A DNA stretch of 64,000 nucleotides, taken from the NCBI GenBank assembly GCA_003971905.1, contig RSEE01000050.1, positions 186,001 to 250,000 of the forward strand, read 5' to 3'. The stretch comes from Moniliella sp. 'wahieum' (taxonomy: Eukaryota). Every line of letters starts with the position of its first letter. The stretch's first letter is position 1. The position numbers and the translations under genes were made by a program. Positions 49,251 through 62,559 of the stretch are shown here, piece after piece. The notes under the pieces were generated by a model. That model saw nothing but the letters and a program-made list of their open reading frames with translations, was not told the DNA's origin and did not search any database.

Positions 49251-50299
49251 TTAGTGGCGCTGTTGCCGGTTGCCGAGGATTTGAACCAGGCGAATGAAGA
49301 TGTTGATCAGGTCGAGTTCCAAGCCAGCGAGTCGCGCATCGGATCGGCACGAACAAAGCCAGCCTCCGACATGCGGGCACGCTGGATCACCTTCTGCGTG
49401 TCATAGAGGATGAAGGCAGAGAAGATGCCAGACCACCGTAGAGACTAATCATCTCCGTCACTGCCATTGTGCGGGCAACGTGGCCGGGAGGATGAGCGGG
49501 GTGAGCGAGCTGAGCGCCACAACGGTCACACCCGCCAGAGTGGGCCTCCGAGCCAGAGGTACTGCGACTCCTTCGCCGTAGCACCGACATAGGCCAGCGC
49601 ACCGAATACACCGAGCGTGTAGAGCCCGGCGCGGGCAAGCAGGGTGGGACCAACAAACACGAGCGGGCACAGGACAGCAGCTGCGAAGCGTTGAAGAGCG
49701 TCCAGCAGGCAAACTTGGAAACCGATCCGGGGCGCAGCGTTTGCACGCCAATCATGCCACCAATCGAGGCGGCAAGGCCGGCGCCGAGCACAAGCCACGG
49801 GTTGGCAAGCATGATCCGGAACGCAAAGCCCGACTTGTTGAGATACACAGCGCCAGCGGCAGTGATGGTCAAGCCACCGGCGAGCCACGTGAAGGTGGAA
49901 GAGGTAGTCCTTAACGAAGGGGGAAAAGGCATCCTGACGCTTGGCACGGTTGAAGAACATGTGGGCGACGACAGCGGTGCCCGCCACGAGGCCGACGTTG
50001 GCGGCGACTTGCCCCATCCGCCGGCGCCTCGAAGCTGGGGGACGCGGGGCGGGGAGCGGAGTAGCCATAGTAGCCGCGGCCGCGCGAGTTGGAGCGGGAC
50101 GAGGTGGCAAAGGAGCGGGCGGGGGAGGCGGAGCGGAAGAGCTGCTGGGCGCGGGGGGCGAGCGCAGGGCGCGGGGCGGCGGGCGCGACGAGGGTGCGGA
50201 TGGCGGCGGGGCGGACGACGCTGCGGAGGGCGCGGCGAGCGCAGGGCCCGAGGCCGCGCGGCAGACAGCCGAGCCGAGGGGACCGCGGAGACCAAGCAT
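49251..50299 (-). CDS. Mitochondrial Bax inhibitor-1 family protein (GHITM/MICS1-like)
   Basis: Arg/Ala-rich presequence, TFTWLAGGLTITA, LLARAGLYTLGVFGALAYVGATAKESQYLWLGGPL, LYGGL, ILYDTQK and INIFIRLVQIL. Confidence 0.9.
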
Positions 50300-50819
50300 A
50301 GCCGAGGCGGGTGTCGGTGTGCGTGCTGCGGAGGACGCCCGATGGTGGCAAGCTGGGGGTGCGCTGCTTTATACCCGCTGGCCGCACCTGCGCATGCTGA
50401 GTAACGCCCGCACGGCCGCACACGCCTCTCTTCCGCCTGCTTCCGCCCGCTTCCACCCGATTCCGTCCGAGCAGTCCCGAGACACACCATCCATTCGTCA
50501 CCTGCCACGTGCCACGCCTGCGCCTCGCGGGCCGCTGAATGTTATGCTGAGCTCAGCACGGGCCGGTGACCACTGACCCGCCCAGACATGACGTCGCCCT
50601 CTCAGAACGGAGTGACCTGTGACCCTACGATCCCGATGAGCAAGCCTAGAGGGCGTCACGATGCGTTTCCTCTGCTCGGTCCGTCTACTGACGTTTGGCA
50701 AAGGCGACTGTGGATTCAGAAGATAGGATGGGGACAGCACAACAAACAGTATACCACTCGTTGCCCTCGCCTGCGCTGGGCCGCCTCTCCAGGCAGGGGA
50801 GTCATTACACAACATCTTC

Positions 50820-53154
50820 CATCACCTTTTCCCCTCAGACGAAGCAGTTGGTCGGGATGGAAGAGACCCGGCCGGGTTAGCAGGCTGGGGGACGGAGAAA
50901 TGCTGCTCCGTTACTCCGTTCTGTGGTGGCGGCGGAGGCAGCGCACCACCCAACGGGGTTGTGGACGACGCCGGGGCACAGCTCCTTGTCAGAGGCTCCG
51001 TCGCATCCGTGGGAGCGTTCTTCGCAGGGCTGGTCTCTGGCTGGGGGGAATCGGGTTCGGGTCTGGTTTTCAGTGGTGAGCTTTTCGTCGGGCGGGCCGG
51101 GTTACCATCAGGTGGTCCTTGGGAGATTCTCGGTCAGGACTGCGTGGTAAGCTGCGTGATCGAGACAAGGGAGCGAGCAGTGTCGAGACGGCGTGGGAGG
51201 GAGAAGAATCACGGGGATGGTTCGGAGTTCCACCTGTGGCGGGAACGTCAGTCCTTGGTCCTTGGTCACTTCGGCAGGAACCAAATTCGTCTCCGGCAGT
51301 GCGGGGGAAGACAAGGGCGAATCGACTCTGTTGGTCTGAGGAATCGGATTGGCAGGCGGCCTGCCATTGACATGCTCCTCCTGGGATTTCAACTCCTGGG
51401 ACAATGGGTGGACTTGGGGAGTGGTGGTTCTGGCGGATTTAGCCGGGGAAAGCGAGCCGCTCTTCTCGTTGTTGCCCATATCCGGGGAAATGACTTCGCC
51501 CGGGAGATTGCGGTCGTAAGGATCTCGTGCAGTCCAATCCCAGTGTAGACGAGTGTTCCCCTCTGCGGCGGTGTAAACTCTTCACCAGGATGAGCAGCTT
51601 GCCACGTGCTCCGCAACTCATTGATGGTCGGAGCAAGAGCGCCGTAACTCAATCCCAACAAATGGCGAGGCGCAGGTTTTCCATGGAACACCCTCTCTGC
51701 GCCCTTGTCGTCCAACAATGGGGCGGGATCCGCGAGCCTTGACACTCTCCGTCGCACATCGTGGTCTGCTACCGCCATCGCTGCACTGGCAACTTGCGCG
51801 GGCCAGCGGTAACCCAGTGCAGGCTGGAGCGCACCCGAGGGGGGGAACATGGCAACGCTCTGCCCGTGGGGGTGAGTCATGGATAAATCGGGGCCATATT
51901 GGGAGGCGGTTCTCCTGGTACCACTGGTATCGGCGGGGGAGCAGTAACCAAGATCGAGGGAGGAGGGACGAAAGGCGCATTGGCCCGGACTGACACACCA
52001 GCGTAGAGTGTGTCGGCGGGTGAGAACTGGCCCACGTCCGCTACAGTCGCTGCAATCCGCCGTCGCTTGGCCTTGCAAGTCGCATGGCCGGATCGGGCAG
52101 AGCCGAATCGGTATCGTCAATCTTGTAGTTGGCCGTTGCGGAGGATGAGGCTCGGCTTGCAGTGCGCGTAATTGGCAGCATAGGCGTAAAGGGCAGTGTC
52201 GACTGTAGGCTCGGGTAGTGCTTTGCGCACTTGAGAATGGTCGAATCGGGGCAAGTCGAGCACAGAGTTTGCACCATGCTGAGCAAAGCGCGAAGAGAAG
52301 AAAGGGACTTCGGGCCAGACTTGGCTTCCTCGGTGGCCACGGCGTTTGACCTTTTGGGGGATAGCTCTTTCTCCCTAGGTGCAGGGGAAGCTATCCTTGA
52401 CGGTACCTCGGACAGGGGTGATACGGCAAACATGTCTTCTCTATCCTGCGTTCCAGGAAGAGGAGGGAGATGAGAGGGGATGAACTCGTGGGTGGAAAGG
52501 TACTGAGCCTCTTGCTCAGGAGGGAAGGAAGTGCTACTGCTTGGGCCAGAAGGGGCAGATGAAAGGTCGCCGTCCGTGTCGCTGAACGAAGAGTCGAGTT
52601 CCATTGGTTCCGCATCAGCATCCCCATTTTCCTCATTCTCAGCAGCCGCCTCAACGGCGGCGAGTGCGTAGTATCGGTCGGCAGGATCAACAGGGAGGTA
52701 TTCCCGCACTTGTCGGATCGGGGCGGGCAGGATGTCTTCTGGCCGCACGAGGGCGGCAGCACGCAGCCGCAAGTCGGCCAAGGCAGGCACGTCGCTTGAT
52801 GTGCCAGGCGCTGAACCCATGTTCGATACGGGGTGCCACGCGAGCAGCTCCTCAAGGTCTACCCCAACTTCCTCCAGGGACGCACTCACGTCCCTCAAAT
52901 GCGGCACAGTGCGGTTGGAGAACTCGGCATGGTCGCGCGCACGCTGGCCAAGGAGTGAGATGTACCTCTGCAGGACTTCGCCGAGCATTCCAACGGCGTG
53001 ACCTGATGATCGGCGGAAGCCGGCAGAGTGGAGAGCGATCACGATGGCCGAGTCGACGAGGGCGCCGGCGGCCAGAGCCTGGCGGCTGCGCCCTGCCCCT
53101 CCGAGGGCGCGGGGGTGTGCCAAGTGGGCACGCGGGGGCAGGCGGAAGCGCCAT
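50820..53154 (-). CDS. Bromodomain-associated (BTP) histone-fold protein, TAF8/TAF3-like
   Basis: IALHSAGFRRSSGHAVGMLGEVLQRYISLLGQRARDHAEFSNRTVPHLRDVSASLEEVGV, plus the TAF8-like FIPSHLPPLP. The 3' end is approximate. Confidence 0.78.
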
Positions 53155-53445
53155 GGGGGAGGAGGAGGTGGTGGTGGCAGAGCTGCCTCGGCTGCGTGGT
53201 CGGCGGAGTGGGGGAGATGGTGTCGCTGTCGACGGCGCGCTGCGTCAATCCATCCACGCTGCCCACGCTGCAGTTGAACACTCGGCCGTGCGACGCGCTG
53301 CTTCGGCTCTCGCCTCCAGCTGGGGCGTCCGCGTCAAGTGGCCCATCGCATTCCGCCCCACCCATTCCGCCCTGTCTGGCAGCGTAGGCGCATCGATCGC
53401 GGGCCGGGAAATTTTGCGTTCGAGCCACCAATCCAACACGCTGCC

Positions 53446-54195
53446 ATGTCTGACCAGCCCGCCGCCCCGCCACCAGCACCACCGTTCCCGCGCCCGCTGC
53501 CCCAGCGGCGGAACACCCCATCGTTCCGCAGGCGCCGGTATGGACGCCGACATGGGAGCGCTCGACGAGGACGCCGAGATTGAGGCGATGAAGGCCCGGA
53601 TGGCCGAGATGGAGGCTGAGGCGGCCAAGCTGCGTGAGATGACCGCTCAGTCCGATGCTGCTGCTCCTGCGCCATCTACTTCCAATCCACCAGCACCGAG
53701 GCCCCCTGGTTCTGGTCCTACGGAGAGGAAAAGGAGGAGGTGGATGCGCGTAGTATCTATGTCGGTAACGTATGTTTCGATGTTCTTCTTCCATTTGTTC
53801 CGTGGTACTGACCCCCCCCCCACAGGTGGACTACGGCGCGTCACCGGAAGAAATTCAACAACACTTCAGCGGATGTGGTAGCATCAACCGGGTAACCATT
53901 TTGTGTGACAAGTTCACTGGCCATCCTAAAGGGTACGTCCTTCGTTTCCACCTAAAAAAAAATCATACCTCTGACACTGGATTAGGTTTGCCTATGTTGA
54001 ATTTTCCGACCCATCATTGGTAGCGAGCGCGATGCTCCTCAACGAGTCCCTCTTCCGCGGCCGCCTTCTGAAGGTTACCGCCAAGCGCACCAACATCCCA
54101 GGTATGACACGGGGGCGTGGGCGTGGCCGGGGGAGGGACGCGGGTATTATCCCCGTCGCCCCTATCGTGGACGGGGTAGGGGGTCGTGGTACTAA
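53446..54195 (+). CDS. PAB2: Nuclear poly(A)-binding protein 2 (Pab2/PABPN1, single RRM)
   Basis: [78 protein letters not shown] and an RG-rich tail. Two introns. Confidence 0.95.
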
Positions 54196-54518
54196 GTCAT
54201 TGACTGCCCCCAATGCCCCAACCATCACCGACCATCAGGAGATGCGAATGGTGGCTGGGCTCAAAATTCAGCTTTCTTGCTTTGTGGCAAACGCTCCCGC
54301 CTGCTAGATTGATTTTTCAGCTGTAAACTTCCGAATGGGATCTTCGCGCGTCTAAAGCGCTCAGGGCACTGCGTTTACCACTGTGTAAGCACAGGCACCG
54401 ACTCCAGTCACGTAGACCCTCCAGCCAAGTAGATAGACACCACACAACAGGTCAAAATTCATCAGCTTCATCAGCGAAGTGCAGTTGATGACTTGCTGAA
54501 CAAAAAATCAACACGATG

Positions 54519-54526
54519 GAAAAAAA
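54519..54526 (-). terminator. Pol III oligo-dT terminator of tRNA-Thr
   Basis: An A8 run on + (T8 on -) directly follows the tRNA 3' end. Confidence 0.85.
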
Positions 54527-54598
54527 TGCCTCCTAGCCGAATCGAACGACTAATCTTCGCATTACGAGTGCGACGCCTTACCATTGAGCCAAAGAGGC
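54527..54598 (-). tRNA. tRNA-Thr (anticodon CGT), intronless
   Basis: Reverse complement GCCTCTTTGGCTCAATGGTAAGGCGTCGCACTCGTAATGCGAAGATTAGTCGTTCGATTCGGCTAGGAGGCA. Acceptor stem GCCTCTT/AGGAGGC, anticodon arm TCGCA-CTCGTAA-TGCGA, T-loop TTCGATT. Confidence 0.95.
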
Positions 54599-55307
54599 GT
54601 TAGCAATTCGACAACAAAATGGGAAACACAATTGTCACTACAGACGTACCTCTAAAATTTTTGGTTGTAGGCCCGTGGCCCCTAGTTGATACACTGAATT
54701 GTAGCGACGTACTACGGCGGGCCGACGGCGCGGTCTGAGCTACCAGAAACAGGTGAGCGAGAACGAAGTAAGTAACCAGTTGAGCGAGGAGAGGAGTTAG
54801 GGGTGGTAAGGAAAGCAGAGAAGAATGCGCCAGTGGTGCCTACTACTTGCGCGGCTTACAATTGGATCAAAGTGAGGCGCCGCGTAGGAGCGAGGCGCAC
54901 AGGCCAAGTCTATAGACCCAACCTTTTGAGGGCAGTGCCACTCACAGCAACCATCACGATGGTGCAACAGAATTGATGTAAATTGAGCTACCTGTTGAGA
55001 GCAGAGATTGATGTGCATCTGGCCCACTGCAGGCTGGCATTGCCGACACTCACACCCTGCTCGGCGCTATTGGTCACGCATGCTTTCGTATCAAAAATTT
55101 GGTGCTTGAGGGGTGCTACGTGAGAGAGAACGAAGCGTCTGTTGGCTCAGTAGTAAAAAAGAAGCGAAAGTTGAGGTGGTAGGCTGCCCTACAGGACTCG
55201 TGTTGTTGACCAGGTGACTGTGACTGGGGCCCAAGGGAAAAAGCATGTTATTTGGGTACGGAGGAGTTCAACGTTCAACGCCCGCTGGTGGTCTCTTGAA
55301 CCAAACT

Positions 55308-56648
55308 TTACGATTCCTTCTTGGCTTCGTCAATCGAGTAGGACCAGGGCCCATATTGACCAGCGAAGCAACCCCCTACATGCTGAGCGTCTGGAAAAAA
55401 GTCGTACCGGAGGAAATCCCGAGACGGGGTGCGTGTGCACGGACCAGAAGTGTTCACGACCAAAATTGAACGAGGAGAGGAGCAGCACAAGGAAGGAAGC
55501 CGACCAGCGGGCTTTGAACCCGACACAACCATGACGCACGCACCGAGACCCAGGACAGCCGTGATAGCACGAAGGAAAGACCACTCCCCAGGAATGAAGC
55601 CAATGAACAAGCCAATGAGCAGCACACGCCCGGCGAGTTGGAGGTAGATGTTTCGATCGGTAGGAGAAATCGAGGGTAGCCCAGCAAGGATCGGGTGGTG
55701 GTGCTTTCTTTCAGCTTTGAGAGAGTCAGAGAGACACATCAACAGGCCGCCGATGACCGAAAGGTTGCGCAGGAAAAAGGTTGCATCCAGCAGCATTCCG
55801 TACCCCACCGCTGCGCGAAGATCACACACAGTAAAGCGCGACAGAAAGCTTCGGGAAAACGCCGCAAAATGACGGCAAACGAAGCCGCGGTCATGACAAC
55901 GACATTGGTCAGGAGGAAAAATATGACTGAATCCCCAGTAAAAGTGCCGGTATCGCTGAAGGTAGGCGAGCTGGTCAGACCATTGGGACACGATACGGAT
56001 CGCATCCTCGAGGAAGGTGACGACAATCAAAAAACCGACAAGGGCGGGATGTAAGGTTTGATCGGGTGTGTGTACGTGTCGATGGCATCCTCTGCGCGCG
56101 AAGAGAAGTCCTTCAGCTGCTGTATGAGAGGGTGGGTGTCGGCATCGGTCCACGCAGAGAAGCAGGGGCGGCGGACGAGGGTGCTTCCACCGTAGGGGGC
56201 GCCGAACGACGACGACCCATATCCCCCGCCATAGCCAGCGCTGTAGGGTGAAGGACCGGCGTAAGAAGCAGGTCGCGTATGGCCATATGCATAGGGGCTG
56301 GCAGTGCTGGCATAAGAGCCCATGCCGACGGGGGGCATGTGCCCAGGGGCAGCAACGCTGGCGTGTGGGGCATGCCGGGTATGCATATTGCCATACATGG
56401 GCCTTGGCTCGCGGTGTAGGGCACACCGCTCATAGACGCATAGTTGCGGTGGCCGAGCCCAGTGGTGGGTGCCGGGGGCAGGGGTGGACGAGGCGCGCGA
56501 GGAGAACGCTGCGAAGGGGAGGGCTGGGGCGGGGGCGAGGCGAGAGGCGCGGGGAGTGGGAGAGGGGCATGTAGGGGTTGCGGGGCGTACCCAACGTCGG
56601 CGGAGCCCCCGCGGCGGGAGCACCGAGATGAGTGGGCTGGTACGCCAT
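55308..56648 (-). CDS. ERV29: Erv29/SURF4 ER-Golgi cargo receptor
   Basis: FLIVVTFLEDAIRIVSQWSDQLAYL, GYGMLLDATFFLRNLSVIGGLLMCLSDS, YLQLAGRVLLIGLFIGF, RDFLRYDFF and C-terminal dilysine SIDEAKKES*. Confidence 0.93.
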
Positions 56649-56922
56649 CGAAGAGGGGTGTGGTGGTGGTGGGGGGGGGGCGGTGGGGGCGGGGGTGTGG
56701 CGGTGCAGGAACAGCTGAGTACTGCGACCGAATTAACTGCGTCCATCCTCGCTGCCGGCCACACTACGGGGATATGCTCGCCTGTCCTCGCCCGATCATC
56801 GATCATCCTGAGCCACGTGGCAGGTGTGCAATTTCAAAACCAACATGTGCATCCCTACGCCCTCGTAGGTCTTGGCACTTCTACGTGTCCAAGACGGTCA
56901 CAGCATAGCACAGCATGCCTTG

Positions 56923-58220
56923 CTACGCGTCACTCGGACGCGTCCCGTTACGCTCCCTGCTGTTGCCGAGACAGCTGGACGCCATCGCAACCAGCAGCAG
57001 GAGCAGCGCCGAGCAGCGCCGCCAGTGCAGGCCCATGCTTCCCGCCGCTCCTCTCAGGCACCCGCACACATCGCAGCGTGTTGTCCGCTGAGCCGGACAC
57101 AAGCCACGCCCGTCGGGCGAGAAGGCGAGAGGGGGTGGGAACGAGTGGGCAGCAAGAATCCGAGTGCGCAGCCTCAGCGTCTCTCCGTCCAGCACACTTA
57201 TGCTCAGGTCTGCCCCCCCAACTGCCACCGCCCCGCCGTCGGGTGCGACCGCAAATGTAGTCACGGGTTTGGCTCCAACTTTGCGCGTGTCGCGCAGCGC
57301 CCACTTGTCGACCTCCCACGCCGATACAAACTAGTCCGCGGGCCTTCTTACCTGCCCCGCTAGGAGGGGTGGTGTTGACACTGTATAGAGAACACGGCCA
57401 TGAGGAGCAAACTTGGCCGAGCGGAACGTGCCCTTCCCTGTCCCAACTTCGGGGTTGGTGATCGACCGCGTTACCGTCGGCTCCTCCCCCTCTGCGCTGA
57501 CGATGCGCAACGTTTGGGCGGCAGCGATCGCCACTACGCCACTAGAGGGTGCAAAATCCGCATCGTATATCGTATCGTGAGCGCCAAAAAGTGCCTCAGG
57601 CTGAGTAGGCGGCACTCCATAGAGCTTCCCACCCACATGGGATACGGATGCAGCACCACACTGCCATCGGTGCCCGCCTCAAGTAGAGCACGACCAGCTG
57701 TTCTGTTCCGCTTTCGGAGTGATCGCGGGAGCCAACGCAAGGACCTTGGGATAGTCCTCGGGATTCGTAATAGGCAATCCGGAATAAACCTCAGAGGTTC
57801 GAGTGGCCTCACCTCGTCGCCCTCCCTGTGGTGTGTCAGCCCTGATGGCTCAGAAGGGGGTTCGACGTACTTAACATCTGGGTTCTCGACTCTCCCGCCC
57901 ACGGGGAGGGAGGGTATACCGATATAGGCGGAGAGTCTTGTTCTCCCCCCTTTTCAGTGTACTGGGGGACGAATTAACACTGCACGCAATCACCCCGCCC
58001 ACCCGGTCAACGGCCATGCACATCGGTGCATCCTCATCAGAGCTGAGAGTGAGCTCAACGAGCGGATGAAGCGCCTCATCCTCCAGCCCAGCGAGAACCA
58101 GCTTGTTCTTCACGCCACTCGGACCCCTCCGCCTCCGACATAGGCAACAACACGGGGGGCAACGAATGCAACCGCATACACTGGGAGCCCGACTGGCTGG
58201 CTGTAGTGTGCCGCGCGCAT
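56923..58220 (-). CDS. SEC12: Sec12/PREB WD40 Sar1 guanine-nucleotide exchange factor
   Basis: GLPVYAVAF...YVGGGG..(SG)VKNKL K-loop region, EDAPMCMAV, GENKTLRLY, AHDTIYDADF, LAFSPDG, VSGSADNTLR and a C-terminal TM. Confidence 0.85.
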
Positions 58221-58779
58221 GTCGATGTGGTGGAGGGAAAACGCATTGCTGGGGGGCAAGGTAAATGAATAAATTGCCCCCGTGCGCTCCGAGATACTGG
58301 CCTCATGCCTCATGCTCTAAGCCGCCACCCGCAATGCCCCCTTTGCCCATTTGCGCCTTCAAGTTCAAGTTCTAGAGCGTGATTGTGCGCGTCTCCCCTG
58401 CCTCCAGATTGGCAGACGCGGATTACGCATAGTGCAGCGCAGGCAGACACAGAGGGGCCACTCATTTCGTTTGGCCGTGTCCTACCATCAACATGATTTT
58501 CAGCTTGCAGCTTCATAAGCGCTGCCCCGCTGTTCGGGAGGACGACGCAAACTATCTTTTGAACAGCGGCGCAGAAGTCTCCGGACGCAACCTCTGGAGA
58601 TGATTATCCTCGAACCAAGCAATCATTTCCCTTCCATCTCAAAATGAGACAATAGGAGGAAGAAACTGGTTCTTAACCACTTCCATTCACGTCTGACGCC
58701 AGGTCGAAGGCTGGCTGTAACACTTAGTATTGGTACACTCAGGTGAGGAGATAGTCATGCAGGAGCAGAATCCATTTGG

Positions 58780-59386
58780 CACTTAAGAGGCCAGAGCTTG
58801 TCCACCTTGAGGTCTCAGGCTTATGCGTGACCAATTGGTCTTGAATATCCAGCGGTCCCGGTTGGCCATACAGCTCATCGCCGCGGGTGAACGAAGTGTC
58901 CCATGAAGGTTAGCGTGCCCATCGTCAATCCAGTGAGCAAGGGCACGAGGAAAAGGGCCGGAGTCGTACCCCCTACAACCAAGTTGTCAGCACTCCATAC
59001 ACATGAACGAAGAGAAAAAGATGACGTACTGCGTGCGCCAATCAAAAATCCCGCAGCGGCACCGCCGGAGAAGGAGGAGACGAAGTCCTCGGCCTTCTTG
59101 CCGCGAGCCACACGGACCGCGGCCTGGACAAAGGCAAATGTGGCACCCACGGCACCATAGGTACCAGCCGTGCGCATCACCTGGCCAGCCCGCGCATGGA
59201 AGGGGGGGCGGACAACTTTGCCCGACTCGGCAAGGATACGGTTGAAAGCACGAGAGAGCCAACAAAGCCAGTGTACCCACCAACAAAGACGGCGCCCTTC
59301 AGGGGCTCGAAGGAGGCGGGATCCTGCCAGAGGGGCTTGCCCTCGCGGACGTGGACGTCCGGCAGCCACTTGGGGTACAATGACAT
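58780..59386 (-). CDS. Tim17-family membrane protein, complex I subunit NDUFA11 (NUJM)-like
   Basis: GAVFVGGYTGFVG, GTYGAVGATFAFVQAAVRVARGKKAEDFVSSFSGGAAAGFLIGAR. Intron ~58985-59030. The 3' end is approximate. Confidence 0.7.
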
Positions 59387-60247
59387 GTTGCCCGTAAGGT
59401 CAAGGTGGATGGCTCGCGGCAAGCCATCGCCATCCGACTGGTGTGGCCGACCAGCCGAGCCCCGGGCCGATTTCTAATCCTTTTCCGCAGCTCTTCCGCT
59501 GAGCCGGACTGCGAGTGACTAGCCACGTGACTGTCAAGGCCTAGCCTAACTGGTAGTGCTTGAAAGTCGAACGCTGGAATGAAATACTGAAATCGTGCTC
59601 GTTGCCCGTTCCACGTTCGGCTTCGCGTGGTTTAACATTCGAGAAGATTACGCTGGCGCACCACCTCCGACTGAGTCGAGCCCTGGGATCAACTTTGTAG
59701 TCAGGTCGGCACGGCCATCTTCGTCGGGTTCGAGAATCGAAGTAAGCCTGATGGCGCGAAGTTCCCTTTGATTGACTTTATGGCTATCATACCAGAGGGG
59801 GGAGCCTACAGGGAAAAGCGTTTACTTTGTCATAGCCTGAGCGTTACAAATGACCTGGATGGAAAGAGTCTGGGCTGATATGACCGCATGCATCTCTCAG
59901 TACCGACTCTCATCCTTTGTGCCTCTCAATGATCCAATCGGAATGCGTGTCTGCCGTTTCCCTCTGGCGACCGGATGGTCTCCCGATGTGATGGCGAACT
60001 TTTGCCCCACGTTTCTTTTTCTCCTGTGGAGCTGCTCTCGGCCCTTCCAGCGGCCCCAACCGCTCAACGTAACCACCCTTGGCATTTAAGCAGGCCAGCG
60101 AGTAAATGGCGACCATCCCTCTTTCATGTCCCTATGTACCAGCCTCGGCGACAGAAAAGAAAGCCCAGGAAATCCACGTTGCTCCTGGTGAACCATTGCT
60201 TTCCACCCCATCCAGTGGTTCAGGTTTGAATATGCATGTCATGGTAA

Positions 60248-60644
60248 TCAGAATCCCTGCTCCTTGAGATAAAGCAGCCGTGCCGGGCCCTCAAGCTACG
60301 GGGATGCGGGCACAGTTAGCATGCTGGAGGTGATACCAAGGGAGCGGGACGTACCCTACGTTGCAACTCAAGGAAACCGAGTTTGGGCTGGCGGTCGGGA
60401 ATAACGGTAACCTTGCTCCCGTCTGTGTAGTGGACTTCAATGCTGGCCTGCTTGGGCGATGTGACGGAGGTAATGTTAATGGGCGGCATTTCGGTCAGAC
60501 CATAGCGATGGCTGCATTGGCGGTAACCGGGCGGGGAGGTAGGAGAGGAAAGTGCGCAGGGCCCGCGTTCCGGGGGATACGGGCACAGGGACCATGCGCA
60601 CGTCGATTTTGGTCATGTGCTTGAAGATTAAGTGATAGCGTCAT
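60248..60644 (-). CDS. Mitochondrial ribosomal protein mL53 (yeast MrpL44-like), absent from the ORF track
   Basis: Manual translation: FKHMTKIDVRMVPVPVSPGTRALRTFLSYLPAR...SIEVHYTDGSKVTVIPDRQPKLGFLELQRR, intron GTACGT..CTAAC..TAG, then LEGPARLLYLKEQGF*. This matches the mL53 pattern. Confidence 0.72.
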
Positions 60645-60831
60645 GGCGGTGGTAGGGCTGGCAACTTGAGAGCTGGTAGCTGGACTCTGGAAGACGTCTT
60701 CCTGCCTCCCACACAGAAATCAGCGACCAGCTGAGGGCGAGGAAGTTGGACAGCGGAATTAATTTGTTCCGCAGCCATTCCGAAGAATCACGGCGGGCCG
60801 GGCCGGCCCATCATCCAAGCTTCCCGCAACC

Positions 60832-61317
60832 ATGGTGTTGGCAACGACACGTCTGTTGGCCGGGTTGAGCCTCGCCGTGCGCCCCACTGTGCGTTCTGCC
60901 CCAGTGGCTCTTACCAGGGGCTGGCTCTGTGTGCGCGTACCCGCCCCACTCTCGCCCTCCCCTCGCTTGCCGATGGCCGCACGCTCGGCGGCTGAGGATC
61001 CGTGTGCCCAAGAGCAAACGGCCGCTCAAGCGTGGTCGCGGCAAGCAGGTGCTGCGAAGCCGGGCGCCAACTTTAAGCCCAAAAGATGAAGTCCAAGGCC
61101 ATGAGGATCAAGTTTAAGCCCCACAAGGTCTCATGAAGCGTGTCGTATTCTCAAAGACGACAATGGCCGCATCATCTTCAAGCACTGGCACAACTACACG
61201 GCTTCTCACAACTATGGCATGTCCCGTGCCCGTCGCGTGCGTCTCCGCAAGCCGGCGTACATCAAGTCTGGTGCACAGAACAAGCTCTTCCGTAAGCTAC
61301 TCGGCTTGCCGCTCTAA
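60832..61317 (+). CDS. Mitochondrial ribosomal protein bL35m
   Basis: Presequence MVLATTRLLAGLSLAVR. Across frameshifts: KFKPHK.LMKRV...GRIIFKH...GMSRARRVRLRKPAYIKSGAQNKLFRKLLGLPL*, similar to L35. Confidence 0.68.
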
Positions 61318-62559
61318 CAAGGGGGCGGGAAAGATGCATGATGCCCCATGGGTTAAGAACATGTATCACTACTATAGAGGTCTTGCTGCCGCCACCTCAG
61401 ATCAATTCAGCGACTCGGCCTTGGCGTGGCCCTAGGTCTGGGTAGTCAGCTCAAATGGTGGTACCTGTTTTGTTCGTTTAGCCTCGAGAGTGTCCGACTT
61501 GATGTTGGCCCCCCTATCACGGCCCCGCCTTGAAAGCAAACGTCTTTTGTTGCCCCCCTGTACATTCAAATCGTGAGCAAAGACTCTCTCACAGCCTGCG
61601 TCAACAGAGATTCTGTCTCGCGGAACAAGTTTAGGCAATGGCTTTCCAAAATCGACTAGTATAAAGGGAAGCAGTGTCTGCCCCGGCCATCAGGGATAGC
61701 GAAGAGGAGTCCGTCCATCCGTACCTGTCTTGCACACACTGGCGGATACATGCTTCATCTCGTATCGCTAATTCAAAAAACGGGATCTTTTCCCTCCCAT
61801 GTAGACGGAGAAGACAACGTCTGTTGGACAACTGAACACGTTGACCCCACCCCCGCTTGGCCAAGGGGTAAGCGAAGTCACGGGGGTCACCTCTTCTGAC
61901 AAGGGAATATGACGGGGCTTGTGGGACTCACATTACTTCCCATATAGGAGATTGCATTCGTGAAGCAATTGGTTTCCTTGAACCATAGTAAGCAAGTCAA
62001 CTGATGTGAAATGGGAGTGTGGGGAAGCTATAATAGCGCGATGTATATACTCTTTCCGTGCTTGTACTCCCACCCTGGTCGCGGGAGAGGAACAAGGCGG
62101 GAACTTGTCCGCAGACACTTGGGGCTGCACCAGGTCCTCCCCTGGCGTACGCGCAGGGCGCGTACAGAAGGCAAACCGCATTACTTGGGTACTCGTGTAG
62201 AAGACGCAAGAAGTTGAAAGTATACGCCGCGTCTCTGCACCACCCAGTCTGGGCAAATCAGAGCTGCCAGGGGCTTGGCCAGAACGGGCGTGCGCATCAC
62301 GTGACGTGGCGCTGCCTGCAAGGCTGCCAATGCAGTATTCAATTAGGCAATTGAGGCGGGCCGGTGATCGGGTGGACGTGTGCGTGACCGCGTGATACTC
62401 GCGTGCCGACGCAGTTGGGCTGGGGACGATGCTCAGGCGGCCAGGCTGTCACGCCCCTCAGACCACAGGAGGTCATAAGCTGAGGCCTTGAGCCCAGCTA
62501 TCGATCTATCTGCCCACCACCACCATCCTGCATCACTGCGGGCCCACCCAGACGTTGCT

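Noticed and set aside
9350..58220. Calling the frameshifted genes pseudogenes or programmed frameshifts
   Set aside because: Indels affect nearly all genes, including essential ones, while motifs stay intact and I saw no shared slippery site. Consensus error is more parsimonious.
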